Shown: in pieces, positions 26,105 to 37,769 of the stretch | Layout: each line of letters opens with the position of its first letter | Numbering within the stretch: the first letter of the stretch is position 1 | DNA from: Balamuthia mandrillaris | Lineage: Eukaryota | Length of the DNA: 64,000 bases | Assembly: GCA_031835245.2 (NCBI GenBank) | Contig: JAVKOQ020000099.1 | Span: forward strand, 1 to 64,000 | Reading direction: 5' to 3' | Translations under genes and position numbers: made by a program | Notes under the pieces: model-generated | Told to the model about the DNA's origin: nothing | Databases searched by the model: none | Seen by the model: the letters and a program-made list of their open reading frames with translations, nothing else

Positions 26105-29100
26105 CAGTAAATCTAAACTACGGCGGTCCTAGACACGAACATCCTGAAGGAGTTCCCTCTGGAAGTCAGGCAAATCATTTCCACCGAAGTCGTTCACTAC
26201 CTCATGGAAAGCAAAACAGAGGTAACCAAGGTGTTAAGCAGTCGTGCCCACGTGATATGGGCCATGGAATGCATTGGTACTGCCTTTACCCTTCCCTTAG
26301 ATCAAGAAGAGACCATGGCCAAGGCTGTTGAAATTTACCGTCGCTGGACGCTAGAACCAAATCGAAAAGACTGCCCTGTTGCCGTACAAGAAGACTACCA
26401 GTTTTTTCTTCAGGTGTGTGGCATCTCCTTGTCTGGACTCTAAACTGCGTCGTCTCTCTTGCTATAAGCGTTCCCCTGCTCACTCAATCGCACAGAAATT
26501 GTTGAGCCACTGTTCTCTTATGTTCGGTTCTCGCACCAAAGATCCTGCTCAGCTGGACAGCCAGGCCTCACTATGTAAACGCGTGCTCAACATTTACCAT
26601 ACTGTTGGAAAGGACAGGAGCAACCTCACCCGTGAAACATGGGACCTCTTTTTGAAGCTAATGCTCGGCGTTACAGATTCTCTTCTCAGCGCCCCTCCTG
26701 GACAAGATGGACTCGCCCAGCGATTGTGCTCCCACGTTCTGAAGGTTTGTTTCCTCTTCCTCTTCCTCTTCCTCTTCCTCTTCCTCTTCCTCTTCCTCTT
26801 CCTCTTCCTCTTCCTCTTCCTCTTCCTCTTCCTCTTCCTCTTCCTCTTCCTCTTCCTCTTCTCTTCCTCTTCCTCTTCCTCTTCCTCTTCCTCTTCCTCT
26901 CTTCCTCTTCCTCTTCTCTTCTCTTCCTCTTCTCTTCCTCTTCCTCTTCCTCTTCCTCTTCCTCTTCCTCTTCCTCTTCCTCTTCCTCTTCCCCTTCCTC
27001 TTCCCCTTCCTCTTCCTCTTCCTCTTCCTCTTCCTCTTCTTTCTCCTGCCATGTTTTTAATGTAAGCATTGATGTTATCAGGTGCTGTTGGAGTCATGGC
27101 TCTACTCTTCCACAAATGATGCAGCGATGTGGGGATCGTTACTCAAACACAGCTGTAACTGGATTCGCTTCATGCCAACTATAACTCACTGGAATGCCTT
27201 TTCCAAAGCCCTTACCGAACGGTCCATTTCTCTGCTTTATGGTCCAAAAGAAGGCAAAACTTCAGTCAACATTAGAGTGTATGCACCATTTTATCCTCTC
27301 TGTCTTCGGCCCTCCTCTTAGATATTTTTGCTAACTCAACTTAGAGAGGGGGCAAATGAAGTTACCACAATTAAGCTGGATGATGAACTCGTTTTGTATG
27401 CCTGGCACAAGATGCTGCGTATCCTTTTCCATGTTCATGTTTCTCTTTGTTTTTGCTCAGAATCACACAGCTATTATGCCTTAACTTTGTTGATACCTCC
27501 AGATGCCATTGGCGATCCAAATAGGATTGAAGATCCTAGTATTTTTGTGACTGCCTTTAGGGGCATTGATACCCTTGTCAACCTTTATTTGCAGGTAGGG
27601 AAGGAAAACGAGAAAAGTTATGCACTTAATACGCCAAGCGGTAATACCATTTTACATATTTTTGGAGCGTGGCTCTTCCATGCTATCAAACACAAACACG
27701 AAGGGTACTCCTATCACTAGTATCACTAATTACCTTACTAAAACCGCTATTTTTTTTTTTCGCTGTTTAAACGAAAAAGGTTTGAAGAAGGACAAGCCTT
27801 GGCTGTGAAGGCATTGTGCAATATTTTCCACAAGAGGAAAGATACAGAATATCCCACGATATATCTATCTCGCTTTTTTGAATGCTTGCACAAGGTTGGC
27901 GAACAGTCGTTTTGTCACTGTTCCTTCCCACATTTACACCTTCGAAAAACAGGTTCTTCAACAAGATGGGAGAGTCCTAATTTCTGCAATAGTGCACTCT
28001 GCTCCTCTCTTTTCACATGAGCTACCAGGCTTTCGTTCGTTAATTCCAGCGTATATCTACGCTCTCAACAGAATATTGCTTCGGGTAGGAGCACCTAACT
28101 CAATGGATGGTTTGCTTGCACGCATCACCTCACTTAGATCCCTATTTTGCCTTCTTGCAGAAAACGAGCAATTATGAGCACTTTGCATCGCAAGAAGACG
28201 TGCGCAAGGCTTGCATACGTATCCTGGCTCAGATTCTGCCCCTTCCCAATCATTTCGGAGATACTCCGTTTGCTGTTAAGACTGTAATGCCATCTATCAT
28301 TACCAGTCCCGCCAGTGCCAAAGTTCGTTTTCTTTTAAAGGACACTCTCCTTTTCATTACTGAGAGTAATTTTATGAACATCTCCCTCTGTAGGATACAA
28401 TCAGCCCAAATCTTCCTGAAGTGGACACTTATACCAAGGTTACTTTTCTCTTGGCCAAGATATACACCATGTTTGATCGTGATTAATTGAGGTTGGTTTA
28501 TTAACAAACTATTTGCCAACAGCTCAAACCCCATCTGCGCGTGTTGCTTATTGAGGCTCTCAACAACGAACTTATTCCTAACAATGTGCGGCTCTTGCTA
28601 CCCCTTTGTTATCAATTTGCTACCGAAGACATCACCAGTGATCCTGGATTCGCAAAGAGAATGATAATGGCGATTGGTACCTATCGTAGACTCCTTGTCT
28701 CTCTTTCTTGCCTGACCAATGAGATTCAGGCCAAAAGATAACAAAGCAAGAATGGTCGTCCCAGTGCACTGTTGATGCTTTTCAAACGTTGGGTTATTTT
28801 GCATCACTCTACTCGTATTTACAGGGAGCTACTGAGGTATATTTTTTTTTTAATTTAAGAAGGAATTCCTAAAATTAAAAGGACTATACTCAAAAATAGG
28901 TGGCCAACTATGTCGTGTTTTCGCTAGCCCACATGTTCTCCTCATCCGACGCTTCAGCTCCTGTTATCACTGACTCTGCAGAACAGGAAAAACAAATGAT
29001 TGGTGCATTACAATGTATAACGCATTGGTTAGCGGTAGATGATTGGCTACTCGGTTTTCCTCTCTGCAAGCAAGCTGTGCTCCGCTTTATTCTCTCCGCT

Positions 29101-32094
29101 CTGCCAGTTACCCAGAGAAAAGTAAGCGATAAGTTCAAACGAAATATATTAATTAGTCATGCTAACTGAGCAACAAGGCGCCACAAATAGAGGAAATAGA
29201 ACCACAAAAAAACCCAGCGGCCAAAAACAGTGAAGAGAAGGACAAGAAGGAATCAAAGAACAAGAAAGACAAACGCAAAAGCAAGAAAGAATCCTTGTCA
29301 TCTACAAAGAATCCGCTAACCGGATCAACTACACTAGTGACTCGCCCTGTTGTCAAGGAAAGAAAAGAGATTGGCGCTAAATTGCAGGTTTTATCATCGT
29401 CACAGTCAACATCATCGTACCACTCCTACTAATGATGTTACAACAGGAGGCAGCGAGATGGGCTCTGGCCACGCTACTAAATCTAGCGGGTACATTCCCA
29501 TTACCTCACGGCACTGGCACTGATTGTCGTATTTCCAGCTTAGTAACAGAAGAAGATTTGCTGAGCATCATTCCTAATGACGGCCTTCCTGCAAGCCAAT
29601 TACCTGCTAACTTCATCCGGTTCTTTGCTACTAAAGGAGCCTTGGTAACAGTTATTGATAGGCCCAATAACGGCGGTTAGTACTTTTGCACAAGTCTAAC
29701 GTTCTGCTTAGTCATATTTTTTCCTACACTATCACCAGACCCATTCGTCACCATTATAATTCGAGACCGCACCGGAAGACAAGCATGGAATCTGCGCAGT
29801 ACCCCATTATCCCCAGAAGACATCATGCTTATTAGCAATGCCATTGCGCCGCCTTCAACCTCTCCTTGCGTCGAACCATTCCATGACCTCACTCCTCTGT
29901 GCGTTTTCTCTTTTTATTTTGAAAGTTCGTGAATCTAATGCGCACCATTGCTGGGGCTTGTGAGCACAGAAAGGCGCAAGAAGCACTTGTAAATGTCTTC
30001 CAATATCTGGAAGAGTGGAACGAGGATCCGCTCTGTGCTGCTTCTGCCCAACAGGCCTCTGTGGAACAGCAAGTGCTTGAGCAAAGCCAATTTAACCTGA
30101 AGCAGGTCACTTGTGTCCCTCCTACGGGCCGCAACTCTACGCAGCATTACACTGAAGAGCCTGGTCCTACCCACATATATGGCGATACCAACGTGCTCTG
30201 CAAGTTCCTTCAGGGTAGGCTGTTCCTATCAAGCGTTGGTTTTCTGTCGATCAACAACCAGCCCCACTTTTTCCAAATTCAGCAATCTGCTGAATTTTAT
30301 AATGCTCTTAGCCAATTGGACCAAGAACCAGAGTAAGTTTTCTCGTTGTTGTTATTCTATTTGTTTTATTTGTACGTTGAATTTGTTGGTGACATGGTTC
30401 CTATCATTACGAGACGTGAATGTTTTACTCTGGGAGTGTGCTATGTAAAACATGACCAAACAATGGAACAAATACTATCCAACCATGGTGGACCATCTGC
30501 ATATCAACATTTCCTTGCTTCCCTGGGTTGGCCTGTACGTTCTCACATTTCCTACTCTCTCTTACATGCTATTTATGGGTTTTTCGTGTCTCTTTCTTGT
30601 CGTTTCTACTTGTTTCTTTCTTTATATATTGTTTACTCAACCTGATCTCTTTTACAACGCAGATTGACGTCAAGTCCCACACAGGCTTTTTGGGTGGCCT
30701 TGACAGGGAGGCGCTTAGCACAGGCACCGTCGCCCCATATTTTGCTGACTTTAGCAAGGAAATAGTGTTCCACGCGCCCAGCCACATGCCTGCGATCAGT
30801 GACAAAGACGCCCTTGCTCAACGAGCTAAGCTACTGCACAGCAATTACGTTTTCATTTTATGGACAGAAGATGATTTGGAGCACTATTCCATGGCCAAGT
30901 ATCCCGATCTTTGCAAACAGAGCAATGTGCATATTGTGATCCATCCCCTGGATTCTGCCTTGTACCACGTCCGAGTTTGTCATCAGAACACAGAGGTAAA
31001 GCTAACCACGCGGCCATCCCATTCTGATTTGAATTGTAATCTTTGACTCACTGAAAACTTCAGACTTTGCACATAGGGCCACTCCTGGAAGATTCGGTCG
31101 TGAGTGCCGGTGTGCTTGCTATACTGGTAAGAGAAACTGCTATCAATGCCCACCGGACCATCAGGGCGCAGCAGGAAGATTACACTCATCCGTATGAATC
31201 CCCTTCGCTTCCAATATGGAAAGCTTAAACGTTATAGGTTGACCAATAGCCATCAAATGCTCACACTGCCTTTCGTTCTACAGGCTTACGCGCAGGAAAG
31301 AAATTCTGGAAAGCATCTATGAGCGCCACACGCTGAGGACAGTCAGCACAGAACAATTCTATTGCAACCTTTATGGTCCTCTAAGAGAGGAAGAGTTGCT
31401 CACAAAGGACCATAAGGCCGCGTTCCCGCAACACATTGCGAGGCCGCGCAAGGTCTTGCCGACCAGCAGACGTTCTTCTCTGGCAATGTCTGATTCAATC
31501 CTTCCAGTGGAGAAACGCACGCGCCTATCGGAGGGTGGAACGTCTCTCAACCTCAGCAAAGACAAGAAGAGAAAATCACAATCCCGCAAGACGTCCTCTA
31601 AACATGGAGGACCCAAGACTGCCAGAGACGGCAAAGAGAAAGACAAAGACAAATCTGGAAGGGAGAACAAGCACAATGGAGAGAAACATAAGGGCGAAAT
31701 GGACGTCATTAAGGAGAAAGACAAAGCGAAAGAACGAGGCATGGGAGTGCATGTGCACGGCCTCAAACAACCCCTCAAGAAGAGTACTCTGAGAGCTCGT
31801 ACCTTCGAAGTTCCAAGCGAACCTCCACCAGAGGCCCCCTCAGTACTTCCCCCGAGGCCACCTCGCACCTCACCTACCAGCAAGTCAGATGGCGGCGGAA
31901 GAGAGTCTCCCGTCCTCGATCTGGCGGCGGTGGCAGCTGCTGCTGGTTCTCCTGGCGCTGATGAACCATCCGAACACTCCTCGTCCTCAGCCACCACTCC
32001 CACCACTCCTTCTCCAAACCCTTCTTTGCGATCGTCTACCGCTGCTGCACAGGAAGACATTGAGGAGAGTGTCTCAACTGATACCTTAGAATGA
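26001..32094 (+). CDS. RALGAPB: Ral GTPase-activating protein beta subunit-like, multi-exon
   Basis: HVIWAMECIGTAFTLPL, TWDLFLKLMLGVTDSLL, PSGNTILHIFGAWLF, IIRDRTGRQAW. Rap/Ran-GAP region: YQHFLASLGWP, HTGFLGGLD, YFADFSKEIVFHAP. Confidence 0.85.
26750..27040. repeat. Intronic (CTCTTC)n microsatellite
   Basis: Visible hexamer array. Confidence 0.95.
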
Positions 32095-32578
32095 AGAGCA
32101 ACAACGGCCAGCGAGTCATTCAACAAACTAGCCTGCTGTCTCGCTCGCTCTTTGCTACACGTGTACACTTTTAAGCAGCCAAGGAAAATAGAGCAAAATT
32201 AGTAACGGAAAATGTGAAGCATCTGCTACTCCTTGTGAAACATGAGTTAATAAACTTTGGTTGCTGCTCACCCAGGACAACACGGCCCTCAACAGGGCGC
32301 TGCTCACCGCAGAGGCCGCTGCGAGACAGGCGCAAAACGGCGGCGGCGAAGCGCAGGGCGGGTTTTCTTTTCTTTTCTTTTCTCTTTTCTTTTCTTTTCT
32401 TTTCTTTTCTTTTCTCTTTTCTTTTCTTTTCTTTTGAAGCACCAATTTTGGTTCTAATACCACAGTGTGGAGCACTATTTGAAGGACAAATAGTCGACAC
32501 AAAGTGGTATTTTAGAGCTTATGCCACGACAGGAAAAAACACACAACAGACAACAGATGCAAAGAAGAGACAATTGAA

Positions 32579-32618
32579 CTAGCCGGGGGGCCGGAGGGCG
32601 AAGCCCGGAGTGCCCCCC
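32579..32618 (-). mobile_element. GC hairpin followed by CTAG-T; Helitron-like 3' terminus
   Basis: Minus strand reads GGGGGGCACTCCGGGCTTCGCCCTCCGGCCCCCCGG-CTAG-T. Confidence 0.4.
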
Positions 32619-32802
32619 TCTACAACGTCACCACTGAACAAAGAGGCAAAGATAAGAGGATCGCAAATCAACAAAAAGGATGACAAACGGTTATTTTTCC
32701 CGCTAGTTTTGTTCCCGCTCATTTTTGTTTCTGTTAAAAGATTTAGAACAATAGAGTGTTTTATTTTGCACTTTTTTATGGTCTCTCTTTTGGTTGCACA
32801 CA

Positions 32803-33289
32803 GAAAAGAAGATGCACAATTGGTGAGAATTGGCTTCGTGGAGTAACAAAAGAAGCAGCAAAAAAACTCAACATCGCAGGAAAAAGAACAAACCATAGTT
32901 TGCGTGCAACTCCAGTTACGTTGTTGTACCACCGTGGAATTGATGAGCAGCTTATCTCTGAGATGTCTGGTCATCGTTCGTTGAATGGAGTGTGATCATA
33001 CAAGCGCTCTTCCCTTGCTCAAAAGGAGAAACTTGCAGATTTGTTGTTGGGCTCTGCAGAGGAATCAATCAAGATTACCAACAAAACAACACGAAGACAA
33101 AGTGCAGATTCGATAGAAGAAGAGGAAGAGGAGACGATTGAGTACTGTTCGCAAGGAGGAAAAGAAGCGACTGTTGCAATCGGTTCACAAGGAGTGAACA
33201 GATCGCCTGTTGCAAGCCCTGCGTCTGGTTTTACTAACTGCACGTTTAATCTTTCTAATTGCACTGTTATTTTTAAACACCACGAATAA
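32803..33289 (+). pseudogene. Crypton/DUF3504-type tyrosine recombinase C-terminal exon, inactivated by a nonsense codon
   Basis: TNHSLRATPVTLLYHRGIDEQLISEMSGHRSLNGV*SYKRSS contains HxxR, the GH(R)S box and the catalytic Y (TAC 32999-33001) after TGA 32993-32995. Confidence 0.8.
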
Positions 33290-33652
33290 ACTAGTTCGTT
33301 CCCTCTTTGAAGGAAAAAAATTTAATGGCTTCTTTGGAAATAACGCACAGTGGAATTTCTGAAAGGCTTCGTTGGGAACAACTCACAGTGGTATTTCACA
33401 GAAATACTGCTGTAGAAAATCAGGTCGACCCGACTGTTTTCGGAGTATAAAGAACCAAAGGGCCACATGCACATTGACTTATTCGTTGTTGTTCTAATTT
33501 TCGTTGTCCTTTGTTTCTTGGGAAATAAGATCAAATCTACAGGAGTAGATTTTTCCGCTTTGTTCCTCAGTGGGAAAATACATGGCCCCTAACTACTTTT
33601 GTCTACCTGGAAAGCTGTCTTAAAAAGAGACCAGAACGAGAACAAACTTTGG

Positions 33653-36227
33653 TTACATAGGCGATGAGGATCCCTGCCACATGCGCACCGTGCCATCCCA
33701 CTACATGATACGAGTTAGGTATCCTCTGGGGTTATAAATGTTCACTACTTACTGATGTCGACACTATATTCGGATCAAATGGATGCCACGATACATCTCT
33801 GACGGTGGCCTCCTGTTGCTCGTCGTTCATTCAGCACAAGCACAAGTATACAATAATAAAATACTTACGTGTCCGTGCAATTTGGTCACCACTTCCCCAC
33901 TGATCACGTCATAAACTGTTTGACATAAACGTTAGTATCAAGCCGCCATCGCAATAGAAATGCCTTACCATACACACTGCCGTCATAGGAACCCGTATAA
34001 ATATATCTGAAATATGGTGTGGTGGTCACGACAGTGGTGAGTAGCCTGTTTGTAAGGTGCATAGAAATGAAGTAATTTTAACCTTTGTCCAGTGGTGTGT
34101 TCTGGAGAAAAATAACAACGGATCAGAGTCTGAAAGACGCGATGTCCTCTGTACGTTTTCAAAGATGTGTCATCTGGATGTTTCAGCCTTCCTGAAAAAA
34201 TATCTCTTTGGTGTCTGTATTTTCAGGCACAACCAATGTTAGTGCTGAATGTTGCGTTCTGACCATCTGCGGTAAGAACAGACCTTCCATAGAAGTAGTC
34301 GCCATAACGGTAGTCCCAAGGATGGCGACGGATGCCCTGTCGAGGCGCACCTGAATTGGTCATCGCTCGCAAATCCCAAAGCTAGCAATAAGTGTTAGTG
34401 CTACATTCACAACATGAATCCAATCATAGGAGAATACACCTTGATGCTTTGGTCCTGTTCGTTTGAATACAAAAAGTTGATGTAAGCAAGATGCGACACG
34501 CGGATCGACACACAAATAAGTTAGAGTACCTTGCTATTAGAAATTAAATATCGGCTGTCTCTTTTAGAGCATACATGCGTAATGCCCTCTAGATGACCCA
34601 CTAGGGTACCAACTGGTTTTGGATTCTCTTGGTTCAACAGCCTTCTGTCCCATACCTACCATTGAATCCGCTTACCGTAAATTTGGTAGCAGAAACGAGT
34701 ACCGAAGGAGAAAACAAAAGAAGGAAACGAAAGAAATGAAAGAATCGACAAAAGAGAAAGAAACCTTGACTAAGCAGTCATCACTTCCAGAGAATAAAAT
34801 TTGAGAAGTTTCATCGGCCCACGAGACCGCGTTCACGTCGTCGTCATGTGCCAATAACTTTGTAGTGACCCATCCATCAGCAATACCGAAGCGAATGGGA
34901 TAAACAAGGCTTGTCTTACCCGCAATACGCGTTCTCTGGTATTCAAGTCATATATGTACATGCACTGGTCACTTGCGCCAGCAAGTATCTCGCTGCTAGA
35001 TTGCGAGAACTGGATTGAAAACAGGCAAAAACGTCTTGCTTGTGGCCTGGTTGCGGTGAAGGGGTTGTAAAATGATGAGAAGCAATGCAAGTGAGAAAAG
35101 AGAATATGCAAAAGTTATATTTTCAATTGGAAAGGAAAAGAGGATAACCTGAGGTCAAGTGCACTGTGCTCTTCTTCCCCTTCTCCCGATATGTTGCACA
35201 ATTGTACTGCAATTCAAAGAAGTGAAAGCCAGGAGGTTACTATCAAAACAATACACAAATCGAGAAAGTGACAGCCATTACTGTAGTCAGCCCAAGATGA
35301 ATAGATAAAAAAGCGTTGGTCGGGAGAATAATCCACGTCGAGGATGGACCAGCCAAAGTGCCGCGCTGTCACATCCTTTTTCAGTTTCCACGTCTCAGCG
35401 TTGTATATGCGAATATGACGGTCTATTCGGCTGCTTGTTAGCTTATTCTAATTGGAGAGACTGAAGACAAAGGCAAAGAGCAAAGAGCAGAGAACAGAGC
35501 GAACAGAGAGAGCAGAGAGAGCAGAGAGAGCAGAGAACAGAGCGAACAGAGAGAGCAGAGAGAGCAGAGAGAGCAGAGAGAGCAGAGAGAGCAGAGAGAG
35601 CAGAGAGAGCAGAGAGAGCAGAGAGAGCAGAGAGAGCAGAGAGAGCAGAGAGAGCAGAGAGAACAGAGAGCAGAGAGCAGAGAGCAGAGAGCAGAGAGCA
35701 GAGAGCAGAGAGCAGAGAGCAGAGAGCAGAGAGCAGAGAGCAGAGAGAGCAGAGAGAGCAGAGAGAGCAGAGAGCAGAGAGCAGAGAGCAGTCGCGTACC
35801 TTGACAAGCGCTTAGAAAAGCTATGTGTATAAAACAAAAGTGTCAAAAGCAGCAGGATGGACGGAGGGAAGGAGAGAAACAACAAACCAGAACCATCGCT
35901 GGAGTATTTGCCACAGAAAACCTGGTTATCATACTCGGCCAACAGACAAGAAGAAGAGACTTCATTATGGCCATAATCGCCACCACTGGCCTCACCACTG
36001 CCACTGGCAGCATCCAGCGGAGGCATGGAGCGTGGTACCATGCGTTGGGTAGCGTGCACGCGCTGCCTTTGGTCGAATGACCCAGAGACGCTTCGCTGGC
36101 GGAGCATGTGGAATAGCGACCTATCTCTTTGGCCACCTGCAGTATGGCAGCCTGTCTTCTGCACCAACTCTTGCGCCAATGGGTGACCCTTTTTTTTTTG
36201 GTGGGGATGTGCGTCAGCCACACCAAA

Positions 36228-36288
<61 letters not shown>

Positions 36289-36469
36289 GAGAGAAGCTTA
36301 CTTGCAAGGTTGAGGTAGTTTCTTCTTCCGCAACTACGACAAGATTTTCCGAGCCCTCTCCTTCCTCCTCCTCCTCCCCCTCCTCCTCTTCGTCATCGCC
36401 AGGGTCCTCCCCCCGCATTATGGCGCTATAGTACCTCTGCAACCTTGCCAGCAAGTGGGCTTCCTGCAT
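33653..36469 (-). CDS. DCAF11: DCAF11/WDR23 (LEC14B-like) WD40 DDB1-CUL4 associated factor, multi-exon
   Basis: VFCGKYSSDG, GWSILDVDYSPDQRFFIYSSW, FCLFSIQFS, AHDDDVNAV...ILFSGSDD, GHLEGITHV, WDYRY, YKGHRVFQTLIRCYFSP. Ends WDGTVRMWQGSSSPM*. Confidence 0.88.
35475..35790. repeat. Intronic (AGAGAGAGC)n/(AGAGCAG)n microsatellite array
   Basis: Visible array, the same motif family as 9040-9435. Confidence 0.95.
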
Positions 36470-36571
36470 CTTCTTGCTTTCTTTTTATGTAGTTTTTTTA
36501 TCTTCTTTCCTAGCTTCAACCCCCTCTTTGCTGCCCCCTCTCTTGTTTCCGTTGTCTCGTAGCAAAAGACA

Positions 36572-36640
<69 letters not shown>

Positions 36641-36899
36641 TTGCTTATCAACACAAACGACAGAGGACTTCTTGTGGTTGCCTCTTACTGCTCGTGTCAA
36701 ACAAAGACAACAGGGGCAAGTTTCCCTTTTGGCCTCCGGCTGGGCCGTGGTCGATGGGGAGGAACCCGTGGTGGTGGACCTCGTAGGTCTCACTCGCCGG
36801 AGTGGGACAAAACTAAAAAACAAAACATTTATTCGTTCACATGGCCATGCGTATGGAGGATATCCTCCATCAACATGCCTTCCCCACGTCTTTCGGCAA

Positions 36900-37145
36900 T
36901 CTCCATCCCAGGGGCATCCATTCGCCATGGTCCATTCCAAGATTTCCAGATGGTCATCCGCTGCCGCCGCTGTGCACACGCCTTCATCCCATTCTCACCC
37001 ATTCTCCCGCAACCACTTTAGCGCATCCAGATGGCATCCCACAGCGGCGGCCTCGCACGCCGCTTTACCACCTTCATTCAGTGGGATGCCTCTCTCCTTA
37101 GCCCATGCGAGCACATGCAAATGGCCTCCCAGCGCCAATATGGGG
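36900..37145 (-). pseudogene. Ankyrin-repeat fragment of the 'GCPWD' type, with an internal stop
   Basis: ALGGHLHVLAWAKERGIPL..ACEAAAVGCHLDALKWLRENG*EWDEGVCTAAAADDHLEILEWTMANGCPWD. Confidence 0.8.
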
Positions 37146-37284
37146 ACGTATCTTGGTTTGTGGCAATAGACAGCATCTCGGTCCTCTTTGGTGACGTGAC
37201 CTATTGCGCTGCATTAGCTGAGGTTTCACGTTGGATACTGAGTTAAAGAGCTCGTGAGATCGGGCCATTCATATGGTCGTTTCA

Positions 37285-37461
<177 letters not shown>

Positions 37462-37769
37462 ATGGTTGTCAGGCAAGAAGTTGTGTTACTGCTACAAAGA
37501 GTAAAAAATACACCAAGAGAGGGGTGGGAGGGGAGGAAGGCCGATGTTATCAAAGGCACCAATTATATAACAACAATGACGATGATGATAAACAGAAGAA
37601 GGAATGTATGCATGGGCAAGAAGAGGAAGCACAAATAAAATAAATAACAAAAACAAACATACAACAAATGATACAACAACACTATAAAGCGAAACAAAAA
37701 GAGATATCTGTACAGCTCCCCTCTCGGCAGCTTTCACTTTGTCTGCTATCAAAAAGTGTAAGCCTTATT

